DNA of 64,000 bases from a virus (IMGVR_UViG_3300020049_016248), one strand, 5' to 3'; counted from the first letter of the stretch, positions 55,520 through 63,582 are shown. The notes: a model not told the origin generated them from the letters alone. Numbers and translations: made by a program.

Positions 55520-55834
55520 TTAAAGACTAGAGATAGATAATTCTGCAATAGTCCAAGTTACTTCTAGCATAGGTAATGTATCAGTAGTAATTTTAGCGCG
55601 ATACCCTAACTCTTTTAATCTTTTAAGAATGTAGTTTTTTATTCTTTGTTCTTGTAGAGGTCCTGAAACTGAATTCAAAGCAGTATCAATATCATATTCA
55701 ATTTTATATTCTGTTTCTTCTTGAGTAGCAGTATCAATAGCTAAAGAAAGATCATTCTTTATAGTATTAATAAAAGGTTCATCTCTCAATAGAGTTTCAT
55801 CAGTTAAAGTTTTAATATTTTTTAAGTCTGCCAT
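55520..55834 (-). CDS. isolated minus-strand late hypothetical protein
   Basis: TATTTA on the minus strand at 55849-55858. Confidence 0.6.
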   Translation of the reverse strand: MADLKNIKTLTDETLLRDEPFINTIKNDLSLAIDTATQEETEYKIEYDIDTALNSVSGPLQEQRIKNYILKRLKELGYRAKITTDTLPMLEVTWTIAELSISSL

Positions 55835-55864
55835 TAATTACCTATTTTTAAATAAATATTAAAA

Positions 55865-56209
55865 ATGACTAAAGATTTAGCAAAAGTGATTGTGGAAATA
55901 AGAAGAGAATTAGGTTTCCCTGATTTCTCTCATGGTGACATTGTGTTGTTTAAAAACAACTCTTATATACCACCTGAATTAGTTAAAGGTAAGTTTATTA
56001 GTTATTGCATAGAAACACCAGAGGTTGCATTGATACAAGTTGCTGTTCCTTCTGACGGTTATTATTTTTACGATTTAGCAAAAAAACATTGGGTAGAAGA
56101 AATAGAAAAATTTTTAGGTACAAAGTTAGATTCACTAGGTTACTATCTATGGGTTGAACATGTACATTTATCACTAGACTATGAAGAAGACATACCTAGT
56201 GATACATGA
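55865..56209 (+). CDS. SH3-like hypothetical protein with the tag at its N-terminus
   Basis: MTKDLAKVIVEIRRELG then FSHGDIV. Confidence 0.6.
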   Translation: MTKDLAKVIVEIRRELGFPDFSHGDIVLFKNNSYIPPELVKGKFISYCIETPEVALIQVAVPSDGYYFYDLAKKHWVEEIEKFLGTKLDSLGYYLWVEHVHLSLDYEEDIPSDT

Positions 56210-56278
56210 GATTAGATAAATTCTTTTTATTTTGACTGTATAAGTTATATTTTTAGTATAACTTATTAATCAAAACAC

Positions 56279-56542
56279 ATGAAATCAGACGTTAATTTAA
56301 TTTGTACAGAAGGTTCTAGTAACAAGTATTACAATTTCCATGATAATGGAAACGGCACATTTACTGCTACATATGGCCGCATTGGTTCTACAAAACAAAA
56401 AGCAACATACTCTTCTCGGATGTGGGATAGTAAATTGAGAGAGAAATTAAAAAAAGGGTATAGAGATGTTACAGGTGTAGACTCTAAAGATATTGAATTC
56501 CAAAAGTTAATTAAAGAAATGGAAAAGGAGTTAGCTTCGTAA
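56279..56542 (+). CDS. WGR domain protein with tag
   Basis: SNKYY..ATYGRIGS..REKLKKGY; ends LIKEMEKELAS. Confidence 0.85.
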   Translation: MKSDVNLICTEGSSNKYYNFHDNGNGTFTATYGRIGSTKQKATYSSRMWDSKLREKLKKGYRDVTGVDSKDIEFQKLIKEMEKELAS

Positions 56543-57381
56543 TGGAAAAATATTATTTAAAAACTAGTAAAGTTGAGAATAAACCTGGTCAATGGAATTC
56601 TGTCTTATGTGAGATTTACAACTCAAAAGATGAAAAGTTAGGGGAATATCTCCGACATTATTATTCATTCGCTTTTTCAACCTTTTTTCCATTTTCTTCA
56701 AACGGTAAAGATTATGCTTTGTATTCAGCTGACTACAATACAATTTCAGTAATGAATTTACCGAACTGTACACCTGTTGAACTTAAACCAGAATGTATTG
56801 AACAATTAAATCATTTTTGTCCAGTTGAAGTTTATGTCCCTCGTTTTGAAGACCATGATAAGTATAGAAGTCAAATTCATTCTTCAGATGAAAAATATGA
56901 AGAAGGTTATAGTGGGTTTTCTACTTTAGCTTTTGTTACCGGTTGTGTTTGGGGAGATGATAGTTCTTGGAAGTTAAATTTATTAGACTTGTCAAACATT
57001 GAAAACGGTGAACTATGGTATGTCGATAATTCTTTAAACAAGAAATGGTTATATGTTGATACTCCTATATCACCTGATAAATTTCATTGCTTTTTTGAGA
57101 AAGATAGCAACTTTCCTTATGCCTATGACCAAGTTATCGAAGAGCATCAAAACTTTCGACACAATATTTTAAATGAGTTAGAAATAAATGAGCATGACTC
57201 TGTAATTTCAATAGTTAATATTGAAGATATTCCTAGAGAAACAGAAGGTGTTGTAGTTCATGTTTATCATAGTTCTAAAGTTTTTGCAGTAGAATTTTTT
57301 GAAAATAAAAAAAGCTTAGGGGTATTCACAGTAAAAGGACATCAATTAAAAAAACTCAATACATCAAATGAAAATAAATAA
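56542..57381 (+). CDS. hypothetical protein with C-terminal DUF4926-like domain
   Basis: EHDSV..DIP..TEGVVVHVY..FAVEFF. Confidence 0.55.
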   Translation: MEKYYLKTSKVENKPGQWNSVLCEIYNSKDEKLGEYLRHYYSFAFSTFFPFSSNGKDYALYSADYNTISVMNLPNCTPVELKPECIEQLNHFCPVEVYVPRFEDHDKYRSQIHSSDEKYEEGYSGFSTLAFVTGCVWGDDSSWKLNLLDLSNIENGELWYVDNSLNKKWLYVDTPISPDKFHCFFEKDSNFPYAYDQVIEEHQNFRHNILNELEINEHDSVISIVNIEDIPRETEGVVVHVYHSSKVFAVEFFENKKSLGVFTVKGHQLKKLNTSNENK

Positions 57382-58309
57382 TCTTCTTAAGTCACGTTTA
57401 TTTCTCTCATGTTTAGGGACTGTAATGTTTGTATTAGGATTTTGGAGCTGGTGGCAAGTAGCTGACACTCCATCATCTACACCTATTTACTGGTTTCAAC
57501 TTACACTAGGTGTAATTTTAATAGTTTTTTCATTAGCATTAACTTATCTACTTTATCTTGACTGGTGTTCAAAAAAAGAACCTAAAAGTGAATTGAAAGA
57601 TGAATATTATTTATTTCTAGATGATGACCGTATTCCAGCTGATTGCGCTACGTATATGTATGCATTTAAAGTAGATTGTAAGATTTATCATAAACCTTGG
57701 GAGATTGTAAGATCTTATAGTCAATTCAAAGAAATAATTGAAAGGAGAGGTTTACCAAAATTAATTTCCTTTGACCATGATTTAGCTGATAATTGGAAAT
57801 TGAGAGAAAGTTTAGATATTAAAGATTGGTTTGATGAAACTGAAGGTAGAGAGTATACAGGGATGGATTGTGCAAAATGGTTAGTGCAATACTGTTTAGA
57901 AAAAGATTTACTATTACCTAAGTTTATAGTTCACTCTGCTAACCCTGTAGGGAGAGAAAATATTAAGTCTTATTTAACTAATTTCAAACTAAGACAAGGT
58001 TTAACGATTGGTGATGTTGAGTGGAGTTGGAGAAAGGATTTAAAAGATAGTTATCTTTGGGAAGCTAATTGGGTATCGTTAGATGGTGATGGGATAAGAT
58101 TATATATTCAAAAAGATGAAACAGGTTTTTCTTTAGAGTGTTTTAGTGGTATTCCAGCAAGTTCAATTAACATAGATTCAATAGATTATGGGTCATTGTG
58201 GAGTAAGATGAATGTAGTTGAACCTATATCAGATTATAGTTATATTCAACAAAGTGTAATAATAGCAAATTATTTATGTGAACAATTTTGCGAAAAAAGC
58301 GAATTTTAA
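57368..58309 (+). CDS. 2-TM protein with cyclic-phosphate-processing receiver-like domain
   Basis: LFLDDDRIP, VRSY.QF, ISFDHDL, TGMDCAKWL, HSANPVGRENI. Confidence 0.75.
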   Translation: MKINNLLKSRLFLSCLGTVMFVLGFWSWWQVADTPSSTPIYWFQLTLGVILIVFSLALTYLLYLDWCSKKEPKSELKDEYYLFLDDDRIPADCATYMYAFKVDCKIYHKPWEIVRSYSQFKEIIERRGLPKLISFDHDLADNWKLRESLDIKDWFDETEGREYTGMDCAKWLVQYCLEKDLLLPKFIVHSANPVGRENIKSYLTNFKLRQGLTIGDVEWSWRKDLKDSYLWEANWVSLDGDGIRLYIQKDETGFSLECFSGIPASSINIDSIDYGSLWSKMNVVEPISDYSYIQQSVIIANYLCEQFCEKSEF

Positions 58310-59333
58310 TATGACAAAGTTTTTTAATTATCAAGCATTCCGTAATGATGAACAAATGTTCAAACATTATGTAACAGCATTTCAAATGTTGTTCAATGAA
58401 GGATCTATTTTTGTTTCTACTAGGTTTAAAATGATTTATGTTTTTACTTCTAAAGAGTTAACTGTTAGGGAAATTGTTTTATTATTTGAGAAAAACCAAG
58501 TTGGTGGTGCAAAAACTTTTGAAGGTATTTTACAAGAAATAAGCCCTTGTTCACTTTCAGGTTATCTTCCAAAAGTTTTCTTTGACACAAAAGATGGCAA
58601 AGATCAATTTAGTAATTTTGAAGATATTTTAGTAAAAGCAAGGGAAGAAGAAAAAGGTAGCTTAATAGGTACAGTCGCAAAAATTAAAGAAGAGTTAAAT
58701 AAAGATTAGTAATGACGATAGAAGAGTTTATTGAAACTACGTATAATGTAACAGTTACACCTGGGTTTTCTTATCAAAAGATAAGACCTAGGATTGTTTG
58801 TAATGATGGGTTTAGTTTAAGTGTTCAATGTTCTGAATATGCTTATTCTACACCTAGAAAAAACATTAAAAAGTATACAGAAGTAGAAATAGGTTATCCT
58901 TCAAGTGAAGAAGAATTAATTGTTGAGTATGCTGAAGACCCAGATCATCTAACAGAAACTGTTTATGGTTACGTTCCTATAGAAGTAGTTAGAGAGGTTT
59001 TAAATAAACATCGAGGTATTAATATTGGTGCAACATTCCCTCGTATCGTTGAAGAAACAGTAAAAAAGATAAATAAAGAATTAGATGAAGAAAGATAAAG
59101 ATAAAGAAGAATTTCTCATTGACAAGAAAATTATAAGTGGATTGACCCCAGGTCAATGTAACGCTTTAGCTAACTCTATTGAAGAAAACTATCATAAGTT
59201 GAAAGAGACTTGGGAGTTGGTTAAGACAACTGCAGAACAAAAAAGATATTTAGAAAGTTTAGATTTAAGAATAAAAAACTATAGAGCATATTACGAACAA
59301 GACTTACTGAGTACAACAAAAGAAAAACAATAA
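58278..59333 (+). CDS. three hypothetical ORFs (58278 tagged, 58712 tagged, 59085)
   Basis: 58712 has RIVCNDGFSLSVQ..YSTPR..TVYGYVP. Confidence 0.65.
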
Positions 59334-59338
59334 AATAG

Positions 59339-59369
59339 TTTGTAGTTTGAAAAATAAAGCATACTTTTA
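59339..59369 (+). promoter_or_regulatory. Bacteroidota-like promoter for the tRNA operon (TTTG-N19-TACTTTTA)
   Basis: Motif and spacing; a TATTTA is also present at 59393. Confidence 0.55.
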
Positions 59370-59404
59370 GGTTATAATTAAGAGAATAAGTATATTTAAT
59401 AACA

Positions 59405-59500
59405 ATGAAAAGAATTTTTAACATAACTTTTTGTCCGATAACAATCGTTGAGGATATTATTGCGGTGGATGAACCGTCAGTAAAAACTAGAGGTATGTAA
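59405..59500 (+). CDS. attenuator leader peptide 1 (31 aa)
   Basis: MKRIFNITFCPITIVEDIIAVDEPSVKTRGM; control codons match the downstream tRNAs. Confidence 0.8.
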   Translation: MKRIFNITFCPITIVEDIIAVDEPSVKTRGM

Positions 59501-59523
59501 AAATAAAAATATATTAAATATTT

Positions 59524-59558
59524 AAACCTCTAGTTGTAAAAAAGCTAGAGGTTTTTTT
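59524..59558 (+). terminator. attenuator terminator 1
   Basis: aaacctctagtt-gtaaaaa-agctagaggttttttt; 5' arm also complementary to aactagaggt at 59485-59494. Confidence 0.9.
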
Positions 59559-59600
59559 ATCTTTAAAAAACAACGTGTGGTATAAGGGGTAGGTTTATCT

Positions 59601-59673
59601 CGAGAATATGGTGTAATCTGGTCGCACAAATGCTTTGGGAGCATTAAGAGCCGTTCAAATCGGATATTCTCGA
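59601..59673 (+). tRNA. tRNA-Pro(TGG), slightly atypical acceptor/T stem
   Basis: aatgc-tttggga-gcatt; C1-G72, A73. Confidence 0.8.
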
Positions 59674-59716
59674 CTTCTTTGGTTCGAACCTTGCTACCCT
59701 GACAACAATTAATAAT

Positions 59717-59788
59717 GCTCCCGTCGTCTACTGGCTAGGACATAAGGTTTTCAACCTTAAAAAGGCGGATCGATACCGCTCGGGAGTA
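59717..59788 (+). tRNA. tRNA-Glu(TTC)
   Basis: taagg-ttttcaa-cctta; gctcccg/cgggagt; T-loop ATCGATA. Confidence 0.9.
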
Positions 59789-60016
59789 CAAACAAAAAAA
59801 TAACAATATGAAAAAAACTTTTAAAAAACTTTTAACTATCAAGAAGAAAGAAACTGTAAAAGAAATTAAAACTTTTCATTCTATAGCAATAAGAGTAGAT
59901 GAAATAGGTAAAAAGAGATTAATAATCTAAAACAATCTTGTTCTAGTTGTGTGATAGCATATAGAATCCAAAGTAAATCTTAGTAATAGGGTCTAAGAAG
60001 ATTGTTTTAAAATTTT

Positions 60017-60096
60017 GGTCTACGGGGCTGCTAGACGTGGCCGTCGCACTGTCACTGCGAAGATTCAGATGGGTTTAAATCCCATGTAGACCGCCA
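60017..60096 (+). tRNA. tRNA-Asp(GTC) with encoded CCA
   Basis: tcgca-ctgtcac-tgcga; ggtctac/gtagacc G CCA. Confidence 0.9.
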
Positions 60097-60100
60097 AAAT

Positions 60101-60229
60101 AGCACAATCGTCTAATTGTACGAAAATCGTACTGTTAGTTTTCAGTTCGAAAGACTATTGGAAAAACTGATACGGTAAGGGTACCGGCTTTGGATGCCGG
60201 AGATCTAGGTTCGAGTCCTAGTTGTGCTG
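60101..60229 (+). tRNA. tRNA-like gene (anticodon TGG by pairing) with 58-nt D-loop insertion
   Basis: agcacaa/ttgtgct, ccggc-tttggat-gccgg, ctagg-ttcgagt-cctag. Confidence 0.7.
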
Positions 60230-60239
60230 CTAAATTGAA

Positions 60240-60479
60240 ATGATTATGAATATGGATTTAAACTTAACAGCTATTGTCAAAGATAACTTTGTACACTTTA
60301 GAAGATATAGAGTAGGTAATTTCTTTTACGGAGTTGTATACAAAGGAGAAAAGTATGAATTTCCAGTTCCTTTAGAAGATATCGGAGATGCAACATTGCC
60401 TGATTCTGACAAAGCAATTATGTTTATGCGTTACATAAGAAAAGCAATTAACGATAATACATTTGTAAGTATAAATTAA
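60240..60479 (+). CDS. small hypothetical protein inside the tRNA cluster
   Basis: FPVPLEDIGDAT..DKAIMFMRYIRKA. Confidence 0.65.
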   Translation: MIMNMDLNLTAIVKDNFVHFRRYRVGNFFYGVVYKGEKYEFPVPLEDIGDATLPDSDKAIMFMRYIRKAINDNTFVSIN

Positions 60480-60486
60480 TTAATAA

Positions 60487-60559
60487 GGGCTTGTAGCTCA
60501 ACTGGCTGAGCGCTTCGTTTGCAACGAAGAGGATGAGGGTTCAAATCCCTTCAGGTCCA
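60487..60559 (+). tRNA. tRNA-Ala(TGC)
   Basis: cttcg-tttgcaa-cgaag; G3.U70. Confidence 0.93.
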
Positions 60560-60579
60560 CTGAGTAAATTACAATATAT

Positions 60580-60651
60580 ACTCATATAATTCAGTGGTAG
60601 AATGCGATCCTGATAAGATCGATGTCGAAGGTTCAATTCCTTCTATGAGTA
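60580..60651 (+). tRNA. tRNA-Ile(GAT)
   Basis: cgatc-ctgataa-gatcg; actcata/tatgagt. Confidence 0.92.
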
Positions 60652-60818
60652 CATGAACAGTAAAAATAATGATTACAGAATTAGACAATAAAGTTCAAAA
60701 AGAAATTGAAGCAATTTTCGATAAAGAAAAGGAAACTAAAAACTTACCTTCTCGTAAACGTAAGTTGAAAAGAATGAGATTAAAAGTTTGTAAGTTTTTT
60801 TCTTTTAACTAATTTTAT

Positions 60819-60893
60819 GTCCGATTAGCTCAGCAGGTTTAGAGCGTTGGTTTTACACACCAAAGGTCACAAGTTCGACTCTTGTATCGGATA
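60819..60893 (+). tRNA. tRNA-Val(TAC)
   Basis: ttggt-tttacac-accaa; gtccgat/atcggat. Confidence 0.92.
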
Positions 60894-60910
60894 CTTAAAA
60901 AAAAGAAAAC

Positions 60911-61387
60911 ATGAATGTAAGTGGTTATGAAATCGAAAACCGTTATCTCTTAAAAAGAGTTCCAAATATTTCTTTTGATGAGGTTTTTGAAATTGAACAA
61001 TTTTATACCCCTGAAGGTAGATTTAGATTCAAAAAAAATAAGAACACAAAAGAGGTTTCTTACTATCAAACGAACAAAAAAACTATATCACCTGGTGTTA
61101 ATGAAGAGATTGAAAAAGAGATCTCAGAATTTGAATTTAACAAAGCTATTAAAACAGCTACAAGAAAAATAGTTAAAGAAAGAGGTATAATAAAACATTC
61201 AGGTTTAACTTGGGAAGTAGATTATTTCATTGGAAACTTATTAGTAATCTTAGAGGTTGAAGTTGATACTGTAGAAGATCTTAAACAAATTGTTTTACCT
61301 GACTTCTTTCAAGAGGTTTTAATCTTAGATGTTACAGGTATAAAAGAGTTTTCAAATTATAATTTAGCTGACAATATAAAAAACTAA
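60911..61387 (+). CDS. CYTH (triphosphate tunnel) domain protein
   Basis: EIENRYL, IEQFY, EEIEKEI, IVKER, WEVDYF, LEVE, DVTG..SNYNL. Confidence 0.85.
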   Translation: MNVSGYEIENRYLLKRVPNISFDEVFEIEQFYTPEGRFRFKKNKNTKEVSYYQTNKKTISPGVNEEIEKEISEFEFNKAIKTATRKIVKERGIIKHSGLTWEVDYFIGNLLVILEVEVDTVEDLKQIVLPDFFQEVLILDVTGIKEFSNYNLADNIKN

Positions 61388-61389
61388 AA

Positions 61390-61587
61390 ATGGAATTAGA
61401 CAAGTTTGTAAATCAAGTTTTAAATAAAGAAAAGGGAACAGTAATTAAATTATGCAAAGAGTCTAAATTGATTCCTAGAGTTGTGAGAGAAGATAAAACA
61501 ACTTTTTTCGGAACACAAGACTTAAACTTTGAAAGAGTTAATTTAGAAATCGACAACGGTATTGTTACAAACGCTTATTTAGGATAA
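61390..61587 (+). CDS. small protein resembling the I78 inhibitor family
   Basis: TQDLNFERVNLEIDNGIVTNAYLG. Confidence 0.5.
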   Translation: MELDKFVNQVLNKEKGTVIKLCKESKLIPRVVREDKTTFFGTQDLNFERVNLEIDNGIVTNAYLG

Positions 61588-62258
61588 TGGAACTATCAAT
61601 TTTACATATTTCTGACACACACAATAAACATAAAATTATTCCGAAAGACTGGTTAGTGCCAGCAGATGTAATTGTACATTCGGGTGACATTTCAGGTAGA
61701 GGTTATTTTGCAGAAATTGAAGATTTTTTAAGCTGGTATTCAAACTTAACACAATATACATATAAAATTTTAATTGCAGGTAATCATGATTTTGGTTTTC
61801 AAGATAACCCTAATAAAGTGCGAGAGTTATTGAATGATTATCCTGATATTATTTATTTAGAAGATTCAGGTGTTGAAATTCTTGGGGTAAAATTTTGGGG
61901 TTCACCTTGGCAACCTACTTTCTTTAATTGGGCTTTCAATTTAGATAGAGGTTTACCTTTGAAAGAGAAATGGGATTTAATACCAAAAGATACAAACGTA
62001 TTGATAACACATGGACCTGTTAAGGGTTATAGAGACAAAGTTTACAATAGATATAGTACAAGTGGTGAAAGTGTAGGTTGTGAAGATTTGTTGAAAGTAG
62101 TTTTAAAAATAAAACCTAAATTATTTTGTTGTGGACACATCCACTGCAGTTATGGTATAGAAGAAAACGAAAATACTATATTTAGTAATGGATCGATTTT
62201 AGACGAAGATTATCAAATTGCGAATCACCCTAATGTTTTTAAAATCAATTGCCCATGA
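61587..62258 (+). CDS. metallophosphoesterase (MPPED-like)
   Basis: ISDTH, HSGD, IAGNHD, GSPWQP, ITHGP, GHIH. Confidence 0.92.
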   Translation: MELSILHISDTHNKHKIIPKDWLVPADVIVHSGDISGRGYFAEIEDFLSWYSNLTQYTYKILIAGNHDFGFQDNPNKVRELLNDYPDIIYLEDSGVEILGVKFWGSPWQPTFFNWAFNLDRGLPLKEKWDLIPKDTNVLITHGPVKGYRDKVYNRYSTSGESVGCEDLLKVVLKIKPKLFCCGHIHCSYGIEENENTIFSNGSILDEDYQIANHPNVFKINCP

Positions 62259-62458
62259 TATTATTAGAGTTTACAAAGCAAGAGTTAAGTAAATGTGTTT
62301 TAGCACAAATACTTACAGGTAGAGGGAAAGATCAATATGAGTCTATGTTAAGTGTAGGAATATCTCCAAGTATAGTGGAAAATTGTATAAGGAATAAAGT
62401 TACATTATCACAGTATGAAAAAAAACAAATTGAAATATTAAAAACGATTATTATATAA
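62249..62458 (+). CDS. hypothetical protein
   Basis: Its stop overlaps the leader-2 ATG (TAATG). Confidence 0.5.
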   Translation: MPMILLEFTKQELSKCVLAQILTGRGKDQYESMLSVGISPSIVENCIRNKVTLSQYEKKQIEILKTIII

Positions 62459-62517
62459 TGAGAACAAATTTAACAATATGTATATGTTTAAAAAATTTAA
62501 TTCTACCTAAGAGTTGA
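62458..62517 (+). CDS. attenuator leader peptide 2 (19 aa)
   Basis: MRTNLTICICLKNLILPKS with ATA-TGT-ATA-TGT. Confidence 0.7.
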   Translation: MRTNLTICICLKNLILPKS

Positions 62518-62541
62518 AAGACATAACTATTGTTATAACTT

Positions 62542-62576
62542 AAAACCTCTAGATAGAAATATTTAGAGGTTTTTTT
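62542..62576 (+). terminator. attenuator terminator 2
   Basis: aaaacctctagata-gaaa-tatttagaggttttttt; alternative pairing with ttctacctaagag at 62501-62513. Confidence 0.9.
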
Positions 62577-62580
62577 ATTT

Positions 62581-62655
62581 GTTGGGGAAGCATAACTGGT
62601 ACATGCGCAAAGCTTATACCTTTGAGACAGTCGGGTTCAAGTCCCACCCCCAATA
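62581..62655 (+). tRNA. tRNA-Ile(TAT)
   Basis: caaag-cttatac-ctttg; gttgggg/ccccaat A73; D stem gcat/atgc. Confidence 0.85.
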
Positions 62656-62754
62656 CTACATAAGGTGCTTTTGTTCATGGAGAGCAGTAGTAAGTGTATT
62701 TGAGTTTGTTAACAGTTTTGAACCTATTATACCTATTTATAATAAAAAATTACA

Positions 62755-63582
62755 ATGGGAAATAATAAGAGCTATGACAAAGTGATAATTCACCCAAACC
62801 ATATTAAAAATTCAAAACAACTTACTGCGTTGGTAAGGAGTAGAAAGATAGAAAACGAACGCATATATTTAGAGTCACCGAAATGTTGTAAACAGTGTTT
62901 TAAAGTTTTAGAGTATGAAGATAGAACTAAAGAATTTTGCAATCGTTCATGTGCAAGTATTTATTCTAATATTAATAGAGTGTTTGCACCTAAGAATGAT
63001 CAAAGAACAAAAAAAGGGAACTGTAAAAAATGTAACAAAGAAGTTGTGGTTAATATAAGAGCTTCAAGTGAAAACATTGTATGTAAAGAATGTAAGGAAG
63101 CTAACCCTTACAATAAGGTAAAATATAAAAAAGGAATAAATAAATGTAAATTTTGTACTGAAGATGTTGTGCAACCTAAAATGATTTGCACAACATGTAG
63201 AGACAATTTTAAAAATGTTTATAGTTTCAACTGTAGATTTGATTTCCCTTTAAGTAAGTTTGTTGAATTGTTTGACTTTGAACTAATAAAAAAACACGGT
63301 TGGTATAAAGCAAAAAATAAAGGTAATAATTTACGTGGTGTGAGTAGGGATCATAAATTTTCAATTACAAGTGGGTTTAAAAATAAGATAGATCCAGTAT
63401 TAATGAAGCACCCTTGTAATTGTCAATTATTGTTACATAAAGATAATCAAAAGAAAAGACACAATTGTTCTATTTCTTTAGAACAGTTAATAAAAGAGGT
63501 AATAGCGTTTGAAAAAAAATATAATTATTGCCCTGAAGTTTTAACTTACATTAAAACTTTGAATACTGGTGATGTGGTCTGA
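62755..63582 (+). mobile_element. HNH endonuclease with Zn-finger CxxC repeats in the tRNA cluster
   Basis: Several CxxC pairs; SRDHKFS..HPCNCQLL.HKDN; TATTTA at 62734. Confidence 0.75.

Noticed and set aside
28349-59098. The tag as a DNA repeat or recombination site (gaattaaa)
   Set aside because: Synonymous codon variation and helical periodicity indicate protein-level constraint, although overlap with downstream A-rich start contexts may contribute.
5153-59424. Short minus-strand ORFs nested in plus-strand genes (e.g. 5153, 5770, 12601, 16647, 20695, 23400, 32198, 37405, 51749, 53655, 56564, 59221)
   Set aside because: Antisense shadows with no motifs or promoter signals.
62579-62785. 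68-aa ORF (also 50782-50994 and 60975-61172)
   Set aside because: They overlap tRNA-Ile, a non-coding palindromic stretch, or the CYTH gene out of frame.
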